Assembly (NCBI GenBank): GCA_020137815.1
Contig: CM035351.1
Span: 4,588,001-4,652,000 of the forward strand
Length of the DNA: 64,000 nt
Source of the DNA: Hormiphora californensis
Taxonomy: Eukaryota > Animalia > Ctenophora
Direction: 5' to 3'
Positions 1 to 15,000 of the stretch are shown piece after piece. The notes beneath the pieces were generated by a model. The model ran no database searches. It saw only the letters and a list, made by a program, of their open reading frames with translations, and had not been told where the DNA came from. A program made the translations under genes and the position numbers. The first letter of the stretch is position 1; every line of letters begins with the position of its first letter.

Positions 1-85
1 AACTGTAACCAGTAAATTCACAAATCAAGAATCAAAAAATCACATGAGAAAAGCATAAAAAAGAAGCATTTTTTGCTCGAACTTT

Positions 86-1387
86 CTAGGACCCCTTAGT
101 GCCTCGGATCATTTTCTCAAGCATGTCCCACTGATCCGGAGTAACCTTTGAAAGTCCATTGAACATGCCACCCATGTAATTAGCCATTCCCCCATCGAGA
201 TCTAATTCTCTGTCCAGGTCAGCCAGGACGACACGGGGTGAACCAAATAACATGCCAAGTTAGCTATCTCCTCTCCTTCACCCATTCGACCAACTGGAAG
301 GTTGTCCAGACCTGCCTCCATGAAAGATCCGGTAGGGTCGAGCCTATCAAATGCGCCCTTCGTGTAAATGGGACCGGGTCCAATACTGTTCAACCGGATT
401 CCATATCGACCCCACTCAGAAGCCAAGGAATGTGTCATGGCATCAACCCCTGCCTTGGCACAGGCAGAGGGGAGAACAAAACCAGTCCCTTTGAATCCAG
501 AAACAGTAATATTCAGGAAAGTCCCTCCTGTCTTTTCTTTGATCATCATATTACCGAACGTCGAGGTCACATTAAACGTGCCCTGCAGAACGATACTTGT
601 GACTGTGTTGAACCCCTTGGGTGTGAGTCGCTCCGAGGGTGCAATAAAGTTTCCCGCAGCATTGTTGATGACGGATTTGGGGATACCGTGATCGGTTACA
701 ATCTGGTTGGCAACCTCTTGAACCTAGAAACAAACGGAGATTAAACGGATACAGAAATTGTTAAGTTCATGTGTTACCACGCTTGGTTGTTTGTGAACAA
801 ACTCAGACAATAGAGTATTGTAGGGGGCGTCGATTAGTTATCACTTACCCTCTCCTGATCTCGAATGTCCATGGAATAGTAATGAACCGTATTTCCAGTG
901 AGATTTCCAATTTCCTCCGAAGTCCCTTTTAGCTTCTCCTCACTGCGACTTGCAATGCACACGTTAGCTCCCAGTTTTGATAACATCGTTGCCATGGCCT
1001 TACCAAGTCCTGTGGCACCTCCTGTCACCAAAATGGTATGCCCTGAAAATATTTGAAGGTAATACACACGTGTAGAGTCTCCTACCTATACCGTCAGTTT
1101 AACAGCCCACACTGACACTAAGGAAGAAAGTACAGTACCGATCAATTTGATTTTGAAAACTATTACTAAGCACAGTTATGTACCCAGGATAAGGGTAACA
1201 TATCCCTTACATGCTAAAGCCTTGCACAAGCCAGCGTCCCACTAGAAGAAGAACAGTATGCTTGCCTACCTTTGAAAGCGTCTTGTTGAAATATGGGCTC
1301 ATTAAAAACAGGGAAATGTACACTCTGGGGCTTTGTCTTTAATTGTCGAACATGACCAACGTTTCTTAATATGGAACGTGTGAACAT
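86..1387 (-). CDS. DECR1: Mitochondrial 2,4-dienoyl-CoA reductase (SDR family); 3 exons ~1387-1270, 1042-849, 723-86
   Basis: Targeting-like N-terminus MFTRSILRN; Rossmann motif ILVTGGATGLG; INNAAGNFIAPSERL; SACAKAGVDAMTHSLASEWGRYGIRLNSIGPGPI; C-terminus VTPDQWDMLEKMIRGTKGS*. GT-AG junctions seen. Apparent indel errors near 200-215. Confidence 0.9.
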
Positions 1388-3317
1388 TGCTGACAAAAAA
1401 ATGAAAGGGTTAAAACAACAAGATTTACAGTGCTGCTTGTAGTCGCATTACCGTAATGGAAATACAGTAATGAGAGGCACACTTTGCATAACGTGCAGCA
1501 AAAAGTGCATTTGTTCAGCATGTACTAGCACCCTGATTGGCTACGGTTGTGCGTCGTCTTACTGTATCTCCGTTTTCCATTACCGTTTTCCCACTACAAG
1601 CGACCGTGTAAGTGCATTATGTTCTAACATGATAACGCTGAATTTCCCTGCCCTGTGAAGTTGTGAAGAAAGGACATCATGGCTACATTTGCTGTTACAG
1701 CAAGCGGCACACAAAATCCCAATCATATATACTATCTCAGACAAACAGATCAAATCCTTGTGTTTTAGTAGCACTGAATTGTGCGCCACACAGCTACATT
1801 GTGCGCAACACATTTCCTGAAAACGTGTCATAACGTGGTTGATGAAGGAGCAGCTCGTCACTGTGTGTGCGGCTACACCGTTGCCCCTGGCAATAACGTG
1901 ACAAAAAAGGTCCGTCTGCAGGATTTTTTTCGGGCATTAAGCTGACGCGTACCAAGTCTCATACCACCCGGGTATAGACGGCATAGCCTGAAACCCTCCG
2001 TACGAACTCCCTTGAAAATTCAAGGAAGAGCAGTGCATATTGGAGGGCCCTTCGGGCTTCGCTTGTTGTATGTCTGTCTTGGTCGGTCATTTAGATTGAT
2101 AAAAACTGATCATAATAATTCAAAGGATTCAATGATTACGCAAGCTGTATCCTATACAGTGAGCTACAGGGTCTGGAACAAGGTAACGTTTTGCCTTTGA
2201 GAGTTTCTTGAGTTTGGGTCTGGAATCCCAATGTATACCGTGTTTTGAGTGGCCAGTTACATTGAAACTATAAAATGTACACAATCTTTGAACAGACAAT
2301 ACGGACAGATGAACTTACAGCATTTTGATGAATGATTGGTACCGTGACGTTGTTGGTGATGAGATGAGAGGTGTATCAATTTCCAGTTGAGATGAAGATA
2401 AACGAAAACGATTAAAACACCAATGCGGGGTAGTACAGATGAATACTAGGCGGGTGGGGCAGATAAGAACATTTGTTAGTTGTTACACGCGATAAGCGAC
2501 TTAGTGCACCAAAACACAAGGATTGTCGCTGTAGTGAGCTGTTTAAGAAAGTCCTCTACCTTGGGACGGGTCAGGGCGGGGCATGATGACAACAAATACT
2601 ACAAGATCAATAGTATGATATGCAATCGTCATTATTTTCTGTATAAAATTGAATCGTAAACATAACGTCATCCTAAAGAATGAGTAGTTGAGTAGTTTTA
2701 TTTATAGAAAATGACCAACTTTTTAGTAACCACCCTTTTAAACCCTCCCTCAGGGAAGCTCCGCCCAGCAGCAACACTTACAATAATGACTGGCGATCAT
2801 TCCCTGCCTGGGTAACATGGGCGACGTATCCACGGTTGTTCAGTTTTAGTATTGGGTACAGTATAGGTCCCCGTAAAGACATATTTATTAGTCCCGTTTT
2901 ATTTTGCAGGCACACTGTTGATACTGAGACAATACTGCTGTAGTTTGCTTTAATTGTGTGTTTATTTTTGTACGCTTGAGAAGACTTGACAACCCTTTAC
3001 TAAGTTATTTGGAACAAAAGATAGGGAGCGAGAGAGCGAGAGATAGATGCAGAGAGACGTATTTCTTGTCGAATTGTTCACCGCCCTGTCACCTCTCGCT
3101 AGTAACTTACATATTACCTAGCATCATACCTACCTACTGCATGAGTGAGAATTCCCACGCCAAGTCACGTACTCTAAGAACACTAATAAGTTTCTCACTT
3201 GATCCACTTGATAACACGCAGTGTAGCTTTGTGTCGACCACCTTCCTGGTGGGTCCCCACTACACATCTGTTTCTAAACCCCCCCCCCCTGCTCAGTTTT
3301 ATTACAGATCGTCTGTG

Positions 3318-7203
<3,886 letters not shown>

Positions 7204-8172
7204 ATACGTATTTGTGAGAGACGATAGGTTGAGAGAGAGGGCGGGCGGGGTAGCTAGCTACCAAGAGACACGAGCTGGTAATATGACGATTCAAGATTCA
7301 AGATGTGTAAACTGTATAGTTTCAATCAAATGGGGACTATATCTATAATATAATCGGGGAATGTGAAGCTGATGATGTTGTTGAAATATTATAATCATAT
7401 CCAACTTGTGGTTGTACTACAAACTCTGCTACTCCAATGTGACGATTCAGCTATCTAACCTCCCCTTCCCATCGTAGCAATGACACGTAAGGTGTGGCTA
7501 TAATGGCAGCTCATTGTAATGGAAATGTAATGACGGAAACTACTCCTATGACGTCATTACTGTTGAATGGGTAATGAGGGTCGGCAGTTTAGGAAGGTGC
7601 TAGACCAATGTAAACACGGTGGCATACGGGTGGGATAACAAAATAGACGGTAGTACAACATATGGTAGTTTGATATAGGAAATCTGGGCCGTCTGCAGGT
7701 TCGTTTGTTTGTTTGTTTGTTTGTAACTAAACCATGGGGTACGCTCAGCAAACCTCCATACCAAACCGGGTACACCTGCCGTCTCAGTTCTGTTACTCCT
7801 CTCCGTGACTTGACGATTGGATGCCTTTAGCCCTTTAAATATAATTATAATAGGGATTAGGGGTCCCAAATAAAGTTGTGACTTGTCAATGTAGTTCTTT
7901 TGGGTCTCGACTACCAGCATCACGTGGTGCGATCTTGATCTCACTAACAGTCGTGCCCCCTCCGAGGTATGAGATGGAGGCGTGCAATTTTAAGGGACGA
8001 AGCTGGGCCTCCGGCTCCAGCGTTTCCCTAGGCGTCCGGGCCGGCAGCCACGGTTAGGGGCGTGAAACCCGCAAGCAGGGACCAGTGTAGCGGGCAGCGC
8101 CGCAATTTTTGTCAGCTGAATTGGCAAACGTCGCGGACACTCAAACAGCTGAACTGAAAAAAACTAAAGGAA

Positions 8173-8671
8173 AACCCAAGCAACAATAGCCCTCACTTGG
8201 GTTTTGTGAAATTTCCCACGATCATTGCTCCACCCCGGGCGCGATTATAATCTGGGTGCCTTGCAGCCTGTTTACAGGTGCGCGCTACCAAAAGAGTATA
8301 CTTAGACCGACTTTTTTCAAACGGCTATAGCCATGGAACCACATGGCCGATTTGAGTAAACTAAACGGTATCAGTTAGAGAATCGATAGCCCTAACCGAT
8401 AACCCCAAACCAAACCCTAACCAGACCCTAACGGATAGCCCTAACCCGTCGCGCGCGCAAAAACTACGAATTGTTAGCAATGAAAGGCACCCAGATTTTA
8501 ACGTTTTCCCTCCACCCCCTGATGAGATAGAGACTTGAAATTTTGTAGTTGGATAGATCATGTCGAGTTCTACCTCACTACAAAATTTCAAGTCTCTATC
8601 TCATCAGGGGGTGGAGCAATGACCGTGGGAAATTTCACAAAACCTAAGTGAGGGCTATTGTTGCTTGGGTT
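8173..8671. mobile_element. MITE with ~60-bp terminal inverted repeats
   Basis: AACCCAAGCAACAATAGCCCTCACTTGGGTTTTGTGAAATTTCCCACG at 8173 and its near-perfect reverse complement ending at 8671; internal inverted repeat 8512-8614. Confidence 0.8.
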
Positions 8672-9386
8672 GGCATACGTTGCAGGCCCCTTATAATATA
8701 ATATAAGGGGCCTGGAGGGAATACCGCGCTGGGGGGGAATACATAATCAATCATATCTCCGGTTCCAGATAAGGTACAGAAATCGTTTTAGTAGCGTTGG
8801 AAAGAGGAAGATAAGAGCTTTTAAATGCAACCAGTTTCAGGTCTCTATCTTATCAGGAACAGGAGATATGAACCAAACTCCGCAAAATCGAGTGCGGTAA
8901 AATCGAAATTTGAATGAAATTTAAAAAAAGGTGTCCCTGCAGGAATCTGTGACGTCACTTTTTGAAAACAACCCATCTTTCAACGGCTATTGCTCAGCCT
9001 CCTTAAGTCCAATTAACTTCTCTCAAAAACAGCAAGGTAGATAATCGTCAGATCTAACAACTGGTGAACCTTCGAAATTAAATAAGTAACGCGCGCATCT
9101 TTAAATTTAAATTGCGCGGAGGTATATTTGCGCGTGCTAAATTCACGACGTGATGACGTCACAGCGCTGGAGTAACGATCAAGGAATTCCACGCCCATTT
9201 TGTTTATATCCAGTCGAGGCCATTGGATCAGAGCCAGGACAACCTCCCCATATCCCATTCCAACACAACAAACATATAATTAGTTAGGTAAGAAAAAAAA
9301 ACCTCAATTTAAGTTAAAACTCAAAATAAAAAAGAAACATTATCGGACAAGTGTGGGGCGAGTGATTCACATCCGAACGAGTGTCT

Positions 9387-11150
9387 CTACAACTTATCGT
9401 AGTAATTCTCGAACTGTGGCAGCTCATCCTTGAGACCCTTTCGTTTCCTTGTGGTCATGACGATTCCGTTGGCTTGACTTCCAACGGTCATGGGGTCAGA
9501 TGGCAGGTTCTGAAGGGGGATGTTGGGTTAGTGGACGATATTAGGATACCGAATTACAATGGATTCTAAAATGGTATTGCTTGAGCAACACTAAAATACA
9601 CAATTGAAGGGTAATACTTACAGCCCAATGATCGAAGACACACTGAGGGAAGGCCTGTCCACCGGTGGCAGCCCTGAGAGCACTGGAGAATCCGAATGAC
9701 TCGTTGACGGGGAGATGAGCCTTGACCATGAACATGGGTGTTCCCTCAACCTGGAACTCCTCAATGACAACACCCCTCCTCTTGGTCAGGGTACCGTAGA
9801 TTCCTCCAACGCTGTTCTCGGGACACTGGATCTCGCACAGGTAGACGGGCTCCAGAAGGGAAGGCTCAGCTCGGAGCACGGAAGCGTACACGACACGTCG
9901 GGTGGTGGGGATGATCTGGCCACCTCCCCTGTGGATAGCATCAGCGTGGAGGGCGACATCGTGGACGTTAATCCTGACACCTCGCATGTTCTCGTCACAG
10001 AGCACACCCTCGTTGGCGGCCCACTGGAATCCAGCGACAACGGAATCCTTGATTTCGTTCAGGTACTGCACTCCCTTGGAGACATCAGTCACCAGGTTGG
10101 GTCCAGTCTGGTCGGGTCCGAAACACCAGATCTTCCTGGCATCGTTGACGTTCCAGTCGTTCAGGCCGGGTTCGGCAACATTTTCCGGGAACTTGTCGGT
10201 GATGATCCTGCGGGGAAGGGGTGGGTGAGTTGGGGAGGTCTACATCTCTCTCTGGTATATACACCCCATGTAATGTAACACACACACGGTCACATTCGAG
10301 CGTGTTACATTACACGGCTCTGTGGATGAATTTTGATAGACGCGCGGGAAGACGTACTTTTAGAATGCTGTCCACTGCAAGTTTACATAATCGCGCACGC
10401 GCACACCGCACCAAGTGAGAGAGAGGGGGAGTTGCAGCCTCTCTCTCGGGCGATGTAGGGGAGAGGGGAGGGGAGAGACTGACACGTCAAGTAGAATGGG
10501 AGCAGGATGTGGTGTGTGTGGAATGGGAGTGGCGACTACCATTGAAATTGAATCAAACATTCAGACAGACCAACAGACATATACCAATATTCTAGCACCC
10601 TAGGGGGACCCTCTCAATCACCGGTAACTTTCTGCAGGATTGAACAGAGAATATCGGCCCTAGTTACGGCATATTTTAGTGTTCCTGAGATTAGTTCATC
10701 GGGGAGGTGCCCGGAGCTCCAAACGGCCCTAATTGCACCCTTTTGGTCGACACAACACGTCACACTGCCCTCCTCTATTCTCTCCTCAGCCCCCGTGGGA
10801 TCAGGGATGGTTGTACCATCGAACACTAGGGAGGGGAGGAATGGGGTCAGGAAACTGGGAGGGAAGTGGTCAGGAATTGAGAGAGGAGGAAAGAATGAAA
10901 CACTAGGGAGGGGAAGGAAGGGGTCAGGAAACTGGGAGGGAAGTGGTCAGGGATTGAGAGAGGAGGAAAGAATGAAACACTACGGAGGGGAGGGAAGTGG
11001 TCAGGAATTGAGAGGGTCAGGAATTGAGAGGGGAGAGAGGACACTGGAGAGCTAGAGAGAGGACCAGACAGATATTGATAAGGTAGAGCGTCCAAGGAGA
11101 TCAATTTCAAGGAATTAAATGTGTTAGGATGAGGTCATGCGAGAGAGGGG

Positions 11151-11236
<86 letters not shown>

Positions 11237-12016
11237 GAGAGAGAGGGGGGGGGAGAGTTTAAACTGATAAGATCATCACCTGATAATGTAACAGAAACAG
11301 GAAGATAGTTCAACTTCAACTTTACTCCCTCCCCATCCCTATCCACAGCCACCACATCTGTCTCTGCCGAGTACTGGGTGGCTGGCAGGGTGGCTGATTT
11401 GAGTGCCGCTGAGGTGGCTAACAACAAGGCATCCCACACATTTCCATCATCATTCAGACATACCGCATCAACGTACAGACACCAAGACGTCTTGCCGGGC
11501 CGGACACATAACTGTGTCTTGTCCACAACTTTATCAAGTACGGCAGCCAGTCGACACGACATAGCAACAGCTGTGTCACTGGGCATTCCGGGTCGATATT
11601 TAGAGTTGCAGAGAGAGGGAAGGGTAACATTGGGTACCACAAACCCCTCACCAGGCCTGTCTATATCAGGTTGTGCAAAGCGGCCCTTTATCCCCGCTAT
11701 TACTCGAGTATCCCCAAAGCACACCATTGAACTGCCGAGAGCAGTGGAGATAGAGTTGACATGAAGTTTGATATCCCGGCAAGAGGTAACAGCCCGGCCG
11801 TCCGGTCTGATGGATTCTCGGAGGAAGAGGCGGTGGTACTGGTGGGGTTGGGCAACTTTGAAATCGTCAGCCATGGCTATAGAGGGGGAACACGGGGGTT
11901 TACTTTGTTCTGTGTAACAGAGAGAACGGAACAACTTTCATATAATGGGATACTGTACAATGTGGGAACAGGTGTCGTGGATGTGTGAGTACGTATGCAG
12001 TAGAGATAGAGGGGGG

Positions 12017-12085
<69 letters not shown>

Positions 12086-15000
12086 ATCGATGAAGCATGT
12101 GATCATAATTAAGATACATTTGTTTAACAGCGTAGTGCTACGTCACGGGTGATCAAAGGGGGATATTATGTAACCGCAGTGGGCAGCATTCCCAGTAACG
12201 CGCAATCGCACTTGGTTACCATGCCCTTAAGGGTACACCTGGCGTTTTTCATCATCGAGTGCCCAACCAAATGACTTCACCAGGGTTTAGGCCATACAAA
12301 ATGGACCTCAAATATGCAATTTTAGCCCTAAAGTCGAATTCATATTTTTGCTACAGCCTATTTTCAAAGTGGCGTTTTTTCAATTTTTGGTGGAATTTTT
12401 AACCTCAGGACCACTTTTTTTGAGATAGAAACATTAAATTCTTGGAATTTGAAGAGAATATAAAGGTAAATAAGCCCAAAGAAGGATTTTTGAAATGGAG
12501 CTTATTTCTGGCCATGAGAACGGTTTACTTTTTTGCTTCTTTGACACGGTGGCTGAGAATGTTCCCATGCTTCATTAGAGATGAAAATCTGGAAATAGTT
12601 GCTCAAAACGATTATCTATGTGGCCCAAAAATTTTGGAACTTTCCCGCCAAAGATGTGGTGTACAGGGCTTGTTTTGTGAAACCCATCTTTTTGAAAAAG
12701 AGGGAAATTCCCTGTATCTCAAAAATGGATGATCGTAGAGACCTGCGACCAAGCTTAATCGATTCAGAAGGTCCGATTTTGGGGGGGTCTTCTGAGAGAC
12801 ATTTTGCTCCTACTCCAACCGTTTTTGCTGTACTTGCAAAAAACCAATTCTATGAAAAGGGGGAACAACTCTATTCCAGTAGCCTGCTTCGGGCTGATTT
12901 CCCCCTTACTTACTGATACCTTTTTCGCAATTACAGCAAAAACGGTTGGAGTAGGAGCAAAATGTCTCTCAGAAGACCCCCCCAAAATCGGACCTTCTGA
13001 ATCGATTAAGCTTGGTCGCAGGTCTCTACGATCATCCGTTTTTGAGATACAGGGAATTTCCCTCTTTTTCAAAAAGATGGGTTTCACAAAACAAGCCCTG
13101 TACACCACATCTTTGGCGGGAAAGTTCCAAAATTTTTGGGCCACATAGATAATCGTTTTGAGCAACTATTTCCAGATTTTCATCTCTAATGAAGCATGGG
13201 AACATTCTCAGCCACCGTGTCAAAGAAGCAAAAAAGTAAACCGTTCTCATGGCCAGAAATAAGCTCCATTTCAAAAATCCTTCTTTGGGCTTATTTACCT
13301 TTATATTCTCTTCAAATTCCAAGAATTTAATGTTTCTATCTCAAAAAAAGTGGTCCTGAGGTTAAAAATTCCACCAAAAATTGAAAAAACGCCACTTTGA
13401 AAATAGGCTGTAGCAAAAATATGAATTCGACTTTAGGGCTAAAATTGCATATTTGAGGTCCATTTTGTATGGCCTAAACCCTGGTGAAGTCATTTGGTTG
13501 GGCACTCGATGATGAAAAACGCCAGGTGTACCCTTAACATGGTAACATCTCTTGTGACCATAGTAGCACCTCTAGTTACCATGGTAACACCTCTAGTTAC
13601 CATGGTAACGCATCTAGTTACCATAGTAACACCTCTAGTTGTAACAAATCTAGTTACCATGGTTACACATCTAGTTACCATGGTAACACATCTAGTTACC
13701 ATGGTAACACACCCAAACCATTCCACTTACTTGGCTCGGACTTTGGGATCCTGTCGGGGTGTGATATCACCATCATCAACCATACAACAGAAGTCCTCTC
13801 CAAGGGGCTGGGCCTTGCAGAACAGCCTGTTGTGCTTGTTGGGAGATTTTGAGAGACACATCATGTCACTCCTGTCTCCGATGGTCTCCTTGTAGGACAC
13901 AACGGGGTCGGATTTCTGTGGGGAGGGATGTTGTTAGTTTCAAGTGGAATGGGAGCAGAACAGAGTCAAGTTTGATTAGATTCACTAATCACTAAGTTTG
14001 ATAGCAATCACTATAATAATAACGGGTGACCGATGGGTGTTAGGTTATGGGGCTCTCTATATCTATACCTTGATGGGAATACAAGCATGGTCTTCCTCAA
14101 GATCCTTCAGGCAGATCTCAAGATGGAGTTCTCCAGCACCAGCGATAATGTGCTCTCCACTGCTCTCGTTGTAACACTGCACCATGGGATCGGACTTGGC
14201 CAACCTCTTCAGACCTTCCACAAGCTTGGGCAGATCCTTGGGGTCCTTGGCCTCAACCGCAACTCGGACAACAGGGGAGACAGAGAACTTCATCTGTTTC
14301 ATGTTGTGGGCATCCTTGCTGCTCTCGTTGGTGATAGTTCCCGTCTTGACAATGTACTGGTCAACTCCGACGAGACCGACGGTGTTACCGGCAGGAACGG
14401 TGTCAATGTGCTCAACATATCGTCCCATCATGAGAACGGTCCTGGTGGGAATTGAAGGGGTTAAAGAGTGAACATCGGGAGAGATTTCAGTTACATATCT
14501 CTACTGAAAAAAGTAGTCTTACTACACACTAACCCAACCTAAAAAACACTAATTAATAATTTGTAATTATTAACTACTAATTACCTCTGGATGGTCTTGA
14601 CGTTCAAGTCCTCGTTCTTGCCAGGGATAAAGTTGGGTCCCATGATCCTGCACTTGTATCCAGATCCAACGGTTCCAGAGAAGACTCGGCCGAAAGCGTA
14701 GAATCGTCCCTTATCAGAGGTGGGTACCATCTTACTGACGTACATCATCAGAGGAGCATTGGGGTCGCAGTTCTCAATTCCCTTCATGTAGGGGTCGTCC
14801 TTGGGTCCCTCGTACAACATACTGGCCCTGTACTTCTGGGCAGTAACAGGAGATGGCAGATGGATGGTGATCATCTGAAGGAGGGTCTCTCCAGCAGGCA
14901 GCCACTTCCTCATGATCACCTTGAAGAGCTGCTTGCCTTCCAGTTCCTTGTCGGCATTGGTCAGCTCAACCCTTAGCTTCTCAGCGAAGGCGATGGCCTC

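Noticed and set aside
8388-8450. Interstitial telomere (CCCTAA-like)
   Set aside because: Short, degenerate and internal to a MITE.
9715-10278. Long plus-strand ORFs overlapping EEF2, EXOSC8, the RT and cathepsin
   Set aside because: Antisense shadows of codon-biased real genes.
12442-13322. Paired 96-133-aa ORFs on opposite strands
   Set aside because: Mirror artefacts of the foldback element with no recognisable domain.
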